Source of the DNA: an uncultured Acidobacteriaceae bacterium | GTDB taxonomy: Bacteria; Acidobacteriota; Terriglobia; Terriglobales; Acidobacteriaceae | Reading direction: 5' to 3' | Assembly (NCBI GenBank): GCA_963724815.1 | Contig: CAVRWS010000016.1 | Coordinates: 51,741-115,740, forward strand | DNA: 64,000 bases | In this document: positions 31,266-39,728 of the stretch, in pieces | Numbering within the stretch: the first letter of the stretch is position 1 | How the letters are laid out: each line of letters opens with the position of its first letter | The notes under the pieces: generated by a model | What the model saw: only the letters and a program-made list of their open reading frames with translations | Database searches by the model: none | Told to the model about the DNA's origin: nothing | Translations under genes and position numbers: made by a program

Positions 31266-32317
31266 AGGGATTCAAAGCTCCTCAAAGCCAAGCCCACCGC
31301 TACCGCCAGCTGGCCCGCATTCTGCTCCACCAGTTCCGCTCCCGGACCGTCCGCTGGCGGCACTACGCGTTGGAATGGATTCAGCAATTCAACCGGCATG
31401 GAAAATTCCTGCCGCAACGCTTCCATCAATCCCGGCACCTTCGCCGAGCCTCCGGCCAGATAAATTTTCTCAATGTGCTCGCCCGCAGCGCTGGCTCGGA
31501 AGAAGTCAAACGTCTTCTGAATTTCCAGCACGATGATCTCGGTCACTTGCTGCAGGATCGGCGCCTTCGCGTCCTCGCTCACCGTGCCGACCTTCTCGCC
31601 CAGCTTCAACTTCTCGGCATCTTCAAAGTTCAGATCGAGTTCCTTCTGCAGCGAGTCCGTGTACTGATGTCCGCCCACGCTGACGTCGCGCGGAAACAGC
31701 GGCGTAGTGCCCTTCACAATGTTGATGTTCATTACGCTGGCGCCCAGGTTCAAAAGCGCCACTACCTGGCCCGGCGCCGGCTGGTAGTTGTACTCGTAGC
31801 AGTTCTGCAAAGCCAGCGCATCGATGTCCACAATAGCCGGGGTGCGTCCCGCCATCGAGAGTACGTTGGTGTAGTTCAAAATCTTGTCCTTCTTGACCGC
31901 GACCAGGAGCACATCCATCTGCGGGCTGCCCGCTTCTTCCGACAAAATCTGGTAGTCCAGACTCACGTCCGCCAGGTCGAAAGGAATATGCTGCGCCGCT
32001 TCTTTCTCGATCGTCTCCGCCAATTCCTGATCGCTCATCGAAGGCAGCGAGATTTTCTTGACGATCACAGAGTGTCCGCTGACCGCCGTGGCCACCGCCT
32101 TCGTCTTGATCAGGCAGTCGGCAAACAACTTCGAAATCGCGCTCGATACCGTTCCCGAGTCCACGATCATCGAATCCACGACAATGTCAGAGGCCAGCAT
32201 TTCCAGTCCCAGATGCGCCACTTCAATCTGCGCACCCTTCTTTTTCAACTCCACGGCCTTAATGCTGGAAGAGCCCACATCCAGACCTACAATCGTCTTC
32301 GATCCCATTCCAAACAT
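31262..32317 (-). CDS. pilM: pilus assembly ATPase-like protein PilM
   Basis: ORF 31262..32647. Likely start ATG 32317 (MFGMGSKTIVGLDVGSSSIKAVEL), actin-like ATPase fold. Confidence 0.9.
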   Translation of the reverse strand: MFGMGSKTIVGLDVGSSSIKAVELKKKGAQIEVAHLGLEMLASDIVVDSMIVDSGTVSSAISKLFADCLIKTKAVATAVSGHSVIVKKISLPSMSDQELAETIEKEAAQHIPFDLADVSLDYQILSEEAGSPQMDVLLVAVKKDKILNYTNVLSMAGRTPAIVDIDALALQNCYEYNYQPAPGQVVALLNLGASVMNINIVKGTTPLFPRDVSVGGHQYTDSLQKELDLNFEDAEKLKLGEKVGTVSEDAKAPILQQVTEIIVLEIQKTFDFFRASAAGEHIEKIYLAGGSAKVPGLMEALRQEFSMPVELLNPFQRVVPPADGPGAELVEQNAGQLAVAVGLALRSFESL

Positions 32318-32385
32318 GTGCCCACCCTTTCGTAGCGCCGGCTTGCCCGGTTTTTGTAGCGCCGGCGTCTCGCCGGCCTTTCCAA

Positions 32386-32622
32386 CTACTGTGAACCGGC
32401 GGCTTTCATCGCCGCCTTCGGTTTCCGTTTCGCTCCCGACTCCATGTGACTCGACTTCTCTTCCATCCACTGATCCAGCTTCGATTTCTTGAAGCGCCAG
32501 CGATTGCCTAGCTTGAAAGCCGGAATGCTCTGCTCCCCGACGTACTTGTAAAGCGTGTCCGGACTCACTCCCAGATACTGCGACGCCTGGCGAATATTCA
32601 TCACTTCCCGCGAGTCGGCCAT
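32386..32622 (-). CDS. excisionase-family helix-turn-helix DNA-binding protein
   Basis: ORF 32386..32766. Likely start ATG 32622 (MADSREVMNIRQASQYLGVSPDTLYKYV...NRWRF), an HTH_17/MerR-like motif. Sits directly upstream of pilM. Confidence 0.7.
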   Translation of the reverse strand: MADSREVMNIRQASQYLGVSPDTLYKYVGEQSIPAFKLGNRWRFKKSKLDQWMEEKSSHMESGAKRKPKAAMKAAGSQ

Positions 32623-33113
32623 ATTTCCCTTGCCCTGTTCCTGCCAAATCTCCCGCACCGCATTTCCCCCGCGCAGGCTAATCTCAGGAGACGCCGCGCC
32701 CTCTATGCCTGTCAGAGGGCTTTCGGTGTCCCGAGCATATATCAACCCGGTAAAACCCCTGCCCAAAGCGAATTTCCGGTTTTTACTGGGTTTTTTAAGG
32801 TTTTTCTGGAAATAGCGGAAGGAACGACACGAGCTAGATTCTATATATTGTGGCGTATCGCTAATAAGCCACTATTAGAGGTAGCACCCGCAGGAATGCT
32901 GAAGAGTCACTTGAAGAGCGGTAACCGAAGTACTAGAGACGGTACGGAAGTACTACGACGCAGGCTCAAGTTGCTGCGCCCAGAGACTTTAACCACTCTC
33001 ACCTCCAGGTCAATCACATTACTAAATCAGCTGGGGGCTGTTGCTTTAAGCCGAATGACCCGAGTTCAAACACCCAGGGTTAGGGATCTTTTTCAAGAAA
33101 CGTGCGTTCCCTC

Positions 33114-33944
33114 CTACTGCACATCCGAAACTTTCCCATTCAGGAAAGTCACTTTCAAATCCTTGTAGACATAAATCTGTTTGCTACCCAGATTTACCTT
33201 CTTGTCAGGCTGCCCCATGGCAGCTTCGACCTGATCTGGAGTCATGCCCTTTTCGATGCTCTGGGGCTCCGCCGCCGGCTGTTGCGCCTGTTGGCCCTGA
33301 TCCTGTCCTCCAGCCTGTTGACCTCCGCCGCCCTGATCCGCCCCCTGCTGTCCACCACCCTGATCCTGCTGTGCGTCGTCATTGCTGATGGTGAGCACCT
33401 GCCCGATCATGTCTTCCACTCCACCCGCACTACCATTTGCCAGCGATCCCTTCGGGAACTGAAAGACCACATTCGCTTTGTTATAGGTTGGCGGATCGGT
33501 CTTGTTGCACGTGTCGCAGGCAACGATCTCCAGCGTCACCACATCTTTCGCAACGTTCACATCGATCTTCATGGGATAAACTTTGTCGCCGACGGCAAAC
33601 AGATGCGTCGTTTGTTCCTTGCCAAATTTTCCCATGATGGACTTCCGTCCCATCAGCGATATTCCGCTCGGGGCGTGAATGGTTCCGTTTTCGTACTTGT
33701 TCGAAAGGACGTTCTGGTCACTGTAAGGCACGGCCAGGATCCCGCCTTTCTGAATCGCCAGCAGCGTGCCCTTTTCCACCACCGAATATCCGCTGGTGTC
33801 CGAGCCCATCTTCACCAGTTTGTACTGCGCCGTAAGTTGCTCCTGCACCGACACCGGCGCCTGCGCGCTGGCAATGGCGAATGGATAGATTGCGACAGCC
33901 AGAAGCACGAGTCCCCAAACTAGACTGCCGAATTTCCGCGACAT
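33114..33944 (-). CDS. secreted protein with Q/G-rich linker and C-terminal SmpA/OmlA (BamE)-like domain
   Basis: 276-aa ORF with signal peptide (LLAVAIYPFAIASAQA), a QQGADQGGGGQQAGGQDQGQQ linker and C-terminal GMTPDQVEAAMGQPD motif. Confidence 0.6.
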   Translation of the reverse strand: MSRKFGSLVWGLVLLAVAIYPFAIASAQAPVSVQEQLTAQYKLVKMGSDTSGYSVVEKGTLLAIQKGGILAVPYSDQNVLSNKYENGTIHAPSGISLMGRKSIMGKFGKEQTTHLFAVGDKVYPMKIDVNVAKDVVTLEIVACDTCNKTDPPTYNKANVVFQFPKGSLANGSAGGVEDMIGQVLTISNDDAQQDQGGGQQGADQGGGGQQAGGQDQGQQAQQPAAEPQSIEKGMTPDQVEAAMGQPDKKVNLGSKQIYVYKDLKVTFLNGKVSDVQ

Positions 33945-34120
33945 AATAAGCCTCCCGATTTAGCTCTCCTGGAACTCAGACGCCCAAATGCATTCTGAAT
34001 GAATTCTCAATACAGTTTCCGCCGTGATGAGAGCGAAGGGAGCGCCTTGTTCCGGCGCCCCCCTTCAACCAAATTGGTCAAGTTGCCGCGCTCTATCCAG
34101 CACCGATAACGAGCGCTAGT

Positions 34121-35857
34121 TTACTGGCCTCCTGCAGCCGCGGTCTCCTGCTTCACCTGCGACTCGGTCTGGTCCGCCTGTTGTTGTTGGTCCTGCAGAG
34201 TTTTTGCTGCAGTATCGTCCGGCGGCGGAGGTGCCACGGAGGCATTGGTTGTGCCGGTATCGGGGGCTTTCGGCATGCCATTCGTGCCCTGCTTCTTTGC
34301 CAGTTCGCCCATTCCGTTGGTCAGGTTTTCCTGGAAGTGGTTGTACATCTCTTGCAAGTCATCCACTTTCACGGCAACGGTCTGTCCCGAACCGCAATCG
34401 CCCTTCTTGCTCGCCGAAACGCTGGCAGTCACCTGGTTGTCACCATCCGGAGTATCGGTGAGCCGAGTGATTACGTCACCCGAGGTCAAGCCGCATTCCT
34501 GACCATTGGCCGCCACCGTCACATCGGAATCCACCACAAAAGTGCGCTGCGACGGATCGAGCGCTGGCGGCGGTGTGTCGGTAGAGGACGCCGGAGCTGC
34601 AGCCGAAGCCTGCCCAGAATCCTGCCCTGCCTGCGACTGTTGTGCGGCCAGTTGCGCCTTCACTTCCTGCGCAATTGCTTCCTTCACCTCAGGTGTCAAC
34701 GCCACTTGGCCCGACGATGCTGCCGGCGGCGGATCTCCGCCCGCATCGCCACCGCCGCTGGCTGCCGCATCCGCCGCCATGGCATCCGCATTAGCCTCTT
34801 GCCGTGCCGCATACGCCGCCTGCAATTGCTGCGAGATTAAATAGTCGGTCAGCCAGTAGTAGGGAGCGGCATAAACCGGATAAGGATTCCACCACCCACC
34901 GTAGTATCCCCACCACGGCGCTCCGCCCCATCCCCACGCCCCAATGCCCCAGGCAATCGGCGCTCCCCACGGATGGTAGCCCCACCCGTAGAACCCAGGA
35001 TGATACCAATAGTGGGGGTAATAACCGTAGTACATGTGTCCGCCCCAACCGTAGCCCCGATAAACACCAACCCGGTAATGTCCGTGATCGTAGAAAGTCC
35101 GCGAGTAATAAGCATGGCCGCCGCGGTTCACATAAGCGCGTTGCACATAACCGCCGCGCCCACGGTTCACCACGCGTACTCCATTATGTTCACTCACCAC
35201 CGTCCGCCCACCGTGGACCCCATTCTGAATGTGCATGCCACCACGGTCGATCGAACGAATCGAGCCATTCGGACGAACGTTCGCTCGGCCTCCGCCCTTC
35301 AACGAAACCGTCCGGCCGGGAGGAGTTCGACTAGCATTGCCCCGGCTTGCAGCCGCGTTTCCGTGGGCTGCCGTATTTCCGTGAGCCGCTGCATTACCGT
35401 GCGCGGCTGTATTTCCGTGGCTGGCTGCATTCGTGTGCCCAGCATTCGTATTCCCATGGCTGGCCGTGTTGGTATGGCCAGCAGTGTTTGCATGCCCGGC
35501 GGTCGTGTTTCCGTGACTTGCTGTAGTTGTGTGACCAGCGCTCGTATTTCCGTGGCTCGTATTTCCGTGGCTCGTATTTCCGTGGCTCGCGGTATTCGTG
35601 TGGCTTGTCGTATTGCTGTGGCCGGCTGTTGTCGTGTGACCGGCGCTGGCGCCACGAGATGGCGTTGTGTGGGATTGCGTTGAGTGCGAAGGGCTTGAGG
35701 AATGCGAAGGCGCGCTCGCGTGCTGCGCCGGTGCACTGGCATGCGACGCGGGCGCACTCGTCTTGTGTTGGCCCCACGCCAGCGCGGGGAGCCCGATCAC
35801 CAGCAAAGCCACCACCCAGTACTGCAGCATCTTTTCGTGCGTCGAAGTGCGATTCAT
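34121..35857 (-). CDS. secreted histidine-rich repeat / aromatic-glycine-rich protein
   Basis: ORF 34121..35983. Likely start ATG 35857 (MNRTSTHEKMLQYWVVALLVIGLPALAWG) preceded by GGAGG. Contains about 22 His in xGHTNTx / SHGNT repeats, then a W/Y/G-rich segment. Confidence 0.7.
   Translation of the reverse strand: MNRTSTHEKMLQYWVVALLVIGLPALAWGQHKTSAPASHASAPAQHASAPSHSSSPSHSTQSHTTPSRGASAGHTTTAGHSNTTSHTNTASHGNTSHGNTSHGNTSAGHTTTASHGNTTAGHANTAGHTNTASHGNTNAGHTNAASHGNTAAHGNAAAHGNTAAHGNAAASRGNASRTPPGRTVSLKGGGRANVRPNGSIRSIDRGGMHIQNGVHGGRTVVSEHNGVRVVNRGRGGYVQRAYVNRGGHAYYSRTFYDHGHYRVGVYRGYGWGGHMYYGYYPHYWYHPGFYGWGYHPWGAPIAWGIGAWGWGGAPWWGYYGGWWNPYPVYAAPYYWLTDYLISQQLQAAYAARQEANADAMAADAAASGGGDAGGDPPPAASSGQVALTPEVKEAIAQEVKAQLAAQQSQAGQDSGQASAAAPASSTDTPPPALDPSQRTFVVDSDVTVAANGQECGLTSGDVITRLTDTPDGDNQVTASVSASKKGDCGSGQTVAVKVDDLQEMYNHFQENLTNGMGELAKKQGTNGMPKAPDTGTTNASVAPPPPDDTAAKTLQDQQQQADQTESQVKQETAAAGGQ
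35541..35585. repeat. three perfect 15-bp tandem repeats inside the His-rich gene
   Basis: gctcgtatttccgtg x3 (35541, 35556, 35571), encoding SHGNT x3 on the minus strand. Embedded in a longer degenerate 15/21-nt periodic tract spanning about 35340-35650. Confidence 0.9.
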
Positions 35858-36324
35858 TACTGCCTCCTGATCGTCAAACATTCTCAATGCCAACCCAAAC
35901 CCGAAAATAACCTGTAGGACTGCGGTGCGAAGACGGCTCTGGGAAAGACTATGCACTGCAAACACGAAACCCGCCGATTCCACTCACGCCGTTGAAATTA
36001 ATTTTTGAGCCAGAGGGAAGGCCGATTCCCCAAAAGCGCTTCAGACGCCACCGGCAACCCGTATCTTGAGGCGAAAGAACGTTACCAGAAGTTCGCACCT
36101 CGCGCAAGATTCTGCGCATTTGGGTAGTGGGTCAGCACGAAACGAACCCCCTACCCGCATTTGAATCATCGTGCATTCTTCCGCACTCCGGCACGACGTG
36201 GCCGAACTTAGAAGACGGTCTCGTAAAGACGGGATGCTCAGAAAACGTTTTAGCCTGAAACTCCGTAGCTGCGTTCCCGGATAGCTGGTACAGCTTCCCT
36301 CTATCAGCTCCACTCCTGTAATCT

Positions 36325-36765
36325 ATGGATTCTTTTCCCGGAGGAACTCATTTGCGCTACCTCGATCGCCTGCAACCCCTCGCACTTCTGGTAATGCGTC
36401 TGGCCCTTGGCGCAGTCATGACCGGCCATGGATATCACAAAGTTTTCGGCGGCCTTCATCACCACGTGCAATTCGTCACCAGCCTCGGACTTCCCGGCTG
36501 GACCGCCTATCTTTCCGCGTTTGCCGAATTCTTTGGCGGCATCCTGGTGCTGATCGGCCTATTCACCCGAGTCGCCGCTCTTGCTATCTGCATCGATCTT
36601 TCCGTCGCTATCGCCAAGGTGCACTTCCACAACGGACTGATGGGTCAGGGCGGATACGAGTTCCCGTTAGCTCTCGCGGCTGTGGCATTTGGCCTGATTT
36701 TTCTCGGACCCGGTTCTATCGCCTTCGATCACATTCGCGCTCCCGGCGGCGTGAAATCCAAGTAA
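36325..36765 (+). CDS. DoxX-family membrane protein
   Basis: 146-aa ORF with four TM helices and DoxX-like LALLVMRLALGAVMTGHGYHKVFGG. Confidence 0.85.
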   Translation: MDSFPGGTHLRYLDRLQPLALLVMRLALGAVMTGHGYHKVFGGLHHHVQFVTSLGLPGWTAYLSAFAEFFGGILVLIGLFTRVAALAICIDLSVAIAKVHFHNGLMGQGGYEFPLALAAVAFGLIFLGPGSIAFDHIRAPGGVKSK

Positions 36766-36937
36766 CCGCCAATTGTCTTTGCCGGAAATTGGCGGCCTTG
36801 TCGGCGTTCGCCGTAACATTCTTACGGCGTGCCGCAACTTCTTGCGCGTACTTGGGTTTGATTGCGCGTTGCGCGCCGGTATCGCAACATTGAAGAAACA
36901 AGCAATTTGCTTGACACTTCTTTACAAAGTTCCCCAG

Positions 36938-36967
36938 TTGAATTCCGACGCTCTTCGAAATTATGAT
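36938..36967 (+). promoter_or_regulatory. candidate sigma70-type promoter TTGAAT-N18-TATGAT
   Basis: ttgaat 36938-36943 and tatgat 36962-36967, about 70 nt upstream of the OMP gene at 37036. Confidence 0.3.
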
Positions 36968-37035
36968 GGGTGGTAACCGTTGTTGTTACATCCGAACGAT
37001 TTAGTAAGCGCATCTTATCGCTTACCACGAACTGA

Positions 37036-37668
37036 TTGGAGGTTCTCTTGAGAAAGTTAGCGTTTCTTGCAACAGTTCTTGCTGTCCTGTTTTCTTGCCA
37101 CTTCGCTTCCGCCCAACAGGGAGACATCATGTTCTTCGGCGGAACTCTGCTGTCTTCTTCGCCCAGCACCAGTTCGGTGTTGTCCGGGCAGCTCGCGGAA
37201 AAGGGTGGAACCTATCTTGGAGTCGCCGGAGATGTCGTCGGCTTCAAACGTCATTTTGGAGTTATGGTCGAAACCTCTTGGAGGGCGAGCCAGGCAAGTT
37301 ATTTTGGGTATGAGTCTTATCGCCCCATCCTCACCGACTTCAATGCGCTCTATCAGCCTAAGCTGGGCAAGAAAGTTGGCCTCGACCTGTTCGGAGGGAT
37401 CGGCGTTGCTGCCACTCGCTTCTACGTACCTTACATCACGGGCGGGAATCCTTACACGGGTTACAGCAACTACACCAGCAACGATCACTTCATGGTGGAC
37501 CTCGGCGGCGGTATTCGCTATTACGTCTGGAACCATTTCTTCGTCCGCCCGGAAATTCACTACTATCACGTTGTGAACAACAACAACATCAACAACGGCG
37601 GCTATTTCAGCACCGACAATCTGTTTCGCGTAGGCGCCTCGATCGGCTATACCATCGGCGGCGACTAG
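37036..37668 (+). CDS. outer-membrane beta-barrel protein, paralog 1
   Basis: 210-aa ORF with signal peptide ending ASAQQ, alternating beta-strand pattern and an aromatic residue near the C-terminus. Shares ETSW, GYESYRPI, NALY, DHFM, RYYVW and RPEIHYYH with the next gene. Confidence 0.7.
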   Translation: MEVLLRKLAFLATVLAVLFSCHFASAQQGDIMFFGGTLLSSSPSTSSVLSGQLAEKGGTYLGVAGDVVGFKRHFGVMVETSWRASQASYFGYESYRPILTDFNALYQPKLGKKVGLDLFGGIGVAATRFYVPYITGGNPYTGYSNYTSNDHFMVDLGGGIRYYVWNHFFVRPEIHYYHVVNNNNINNGGYFSTDNLFRVGASIGYTIGGD

Positions 37669-37827
37669 ATTTTGACTCCGCCGCGTGATCGTGTATTTTG
37701 GCTTCGGCGCAGCTAGTTACCAGAGTTGGCAGGTTTTGCACTCGCCCACCACTGGGACTGGCGCGCCGAACGCCACAATTCCGGCGCATTGATTCCAATC
37801 CTGAATGAATTTTAAAGGGGGCTGTAT

Positions 37828-38439
37828 TTGAGAAGGCTCGCGCGCACCGCGTCCGCGTGTATTGTACTGTTCTTCGCTGCTTTCGCTGGGGCGCAAATTC
37901 AGCAGATGGACATAGCCGTCGGCTACGGCAGGCTGCTCGCCTTCAAAGACTTAAATGCGTCCCAGGCGCTGATCCCTCCCCAGGAAAAAGGCGGGGTATT
38001 CCCCAGCGTCAGCTTCGACGCCTTTGTCAAGAATCGGCTCGGCTTCAATGCAGAAACTTCCTGGGAATATAAAAAAGTTAGCTACGATGGCTACGAAAGC
38101 TACCGCCCGATTTTTATGGACGTCAATGCGCTCTACGAGCCGCAAATCCGAAAGAAACTCAGCCTGGACTTAATGGCGGGCGTAGGAATTGACAGCAACC
38201 GCTTCTATCTGCCGGGAATGACGGGTTGCACGGGAGTTGCGGGCACCTGTTACGTAAGCAGCGATCATTTCATGGAGCACGCCAGTTTGGGTGTCCGCTA
38301 CTACGTTTGGCACCGCATCCCGCACATTTTTATCCGCCCGGAAATTCATTACTATCACATCCAGAACAATCGGGAGTTCTACTCCGACAATGTGTACCGC
38401 GCCACCTTCTCGGTTGGATATACCTTCCACAATCACTGA
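37828..38439 (+). CDS. outer-membrane beta-barrel protein, paralog 2
   Basis: 203-aa ORF with signal peptide ending FAGAQ. Same conserved blocks as 37036..37668. Confidence 0.7.
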   Translation: MRRLARTASACIVLFFAAFAGAQIQQMDIAVGYGRLLAFKDLNASQALIPPQEKGGVFPSVSFDAFVKNRLGFNAETSWEYKKVSYDGYESYRPIFMDVNALYEPQIRKKLSLDLMAGVGIDSNRFYLPGMTGCTGVAGTCYVSSDHFMEHASLGVRYYVWHRIPHIFIRPEIHYYHIQNNREFYSDNVYRATFSVGYTFHNH

Positions 38440-38480
38440 AACTCCGGATTGGGCCCCATCTGCGACCGCAGCGGCAACTG

Positions 38481-38520
38481 AAATAAAAAAGCGGCGTCTC
38501 TTCGACGCCGCCTGAATTTT
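38481..38520. terminator. bidirectional rho-independent terminator
   Basis: Stem gcggcgtc (38491-38498) / gacgccgc (38504-38511), flanked by an A-run upstream and ctgaattttt downstream. Lies between convergent genes. Confidence 0.7.
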
Positions 38521-38534
38521 TATTGTTCACGATT

Positions 38535-38840
38535 CTACGGCTCCCGCATGCACTCTTCTGCTTCGTGAATAGCCGCATCCAGGTGCTCAATTGCTTTGGC
38601 GCGATGGCCATGGAACTCGCCCTCGGCATGCGACATATGGTCCCGGGCGCTACGCATCGCTTCGATTGCTTCGTGCACTCGCGGATGCGGAGGTACGGGA
38701 GCTGGTGCAGCAGCCGCTGGACTTGCGGGAGCTACCGCCACGGCAGCCGCCGGCGCCTTTGGACTAGCCGCTGCAGAGAAGGCCAGAGTTAACACGAGCA
38801 TCGCCAGGATTACTAAACTCAGGAACCCAATTCGCTTCAT
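38535..38840 (-). CDS. small secreted His-rich helical protein
   Basis: 101-aa ORF with signal peptide, Ala/Pro linker and a C-terminal segment containing nine His (HPRVHEAIEAMRSARDHMSHAEGEFHGHRAKAIEHLDAAIHEAEEC). Confidence 0.5.
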   Translation of the reverse strand: MKRIGFLSLVILAMLVLTLAFSAAASPKAPAAAVAVAPASPAAAAPAPVPPHPRVHEAIEAMRSARDHMSHAEGEFHGHRAKAIEHLDAAIHEAEECMREP

Positions 38841-38995
38841 ATATTCCTCCTCGTCCGAATTCCGGCGCGGACGCCGCCTGTGAAATCAATGCCTAACGTC
38901 CCTGTACTCACGCCGGTACGCCCGAGGCACCCGCACAGTATAAGCCGCCACCCTTGGAATCCTGCGGTACCTAAGTTGATTCTTAAGGTGCTGCC

Positions 38996-39604
38996 TTACA
39001 TGCTCCGCGCACTGCGATTTCTCCACCACACAATGACGGCAAATGAAACGAAAACTACAGCCAGAACCTGGTCAAAGCGCTTCATGTAATAAATCAGGAG
39101 TCGCCAGCGGCCTCCAAAAAAATATCCCGCAAGTGAGATCGCGCTCACCCATAACGCTGCTCCCAGCAAATTAAAAACCGCAAAACTCTTCCACGGCATG
39201 CGCAGGATTCCGGCCATCGGTCCTGCAATCACTCTCATCCCAAACACGAATCGCGAACCCAAAATCGTGACCGACCCATACCGTTGGAAGAGCCTCTCGC
39301 CCCTCGCGACCGCACCATCACTAACATGAAACGCGTTTCGATAGCGTTCCAGCAGCGGACGCCCGCCATAGCTCCCGAGCGCGTACCCAAAGTTATCTCC
39401 CACCGTGGCCGCCAACGTCCCCACCAGAATGATCCACGGCAGTTGCAGTTCGCGCTGTGAGTACGCCAGAAAACTTGCCAGCAACAGCACGGTTTCTCCC
39501 GGCGCCGGAACTCCTGCATTCTCCAGCAACAACACCGCCGCCACCGCCCAGTATCCGTAGTGCACCAGCGCGTCACGCAGCACTGCAATAATATGGTGAG
39601 TCAT
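38996..39604 (-). CDS. DedA-family membrane protein
   Basis: 202-aa ORF with DedA/SNARE-associated motifs (ENAGVPAPGETVLL, GDNFGYALG). Confidence 0.88.
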   Translation of the reverse strand: MTHHIIAVLRDALVHYGYWAVAAVLLLENAGVPAPGETVLLLASFLAYSQRELQLPWIILVGTLAATVGDNFGYALGSYGGRPLLERYRNAFHVSDGAVARGERLFQRYGSVTILGSRFVFGMRVIAGPMAGILRMPWKSFAVFNLLGAALWVSAISLAGYFFGGRWRLLIYYMKRFDQVLAVVFVSFAVIVWWRNRSARSM

Positions 39605-39653
39605 GACAGAACGGAATAGCAGTTATGTGGAGATTATGTGGGGACAGCCGCCC

Positions 39654-39681
39654 CTTCGACAAGCTCAGGGCAGGCTCTCGG
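39654..39681. repeat. L-family element (TCGACAAGCTCAGGGCAGSCTCTCGG), intergenic copy
   Basis: cttcgacaagctcagggcaggctctcgg. A near-identical copy lies at 51340-51366 inside the dmpA-like gene. Confidence 0.8.
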
Positions 39682-39728
39682 CCGTCCAAGTCGAGCAACG
39701 CGCGGCGACCCCTCCCAAGCCCAGGGGG

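Noticed and set aside
32623-32660. Sigma-54-like element TGGCAG-N5-GGGCA on the minus strand upstream of the HTH gene
   Set aside because: The -12 box is poor (GGGC rather than TTGC). The element ends only about 10 nt before the ATG, leaving no room for a normal leader.
33040-33095. tRNA-like T-loop string (GAGTTCAAACAC) in the AT-richer region
   Set aside because: No flanking 5-bp T-stem, acceptor stem or anticodon arm could be drawn on either strand.
36041-36313. 90-aa minus-strand ORF between the His-rich gene and doxX
   Set aside because: No RBS, atypical composition and no recognisable domain. It lies in a divergent promoter region.
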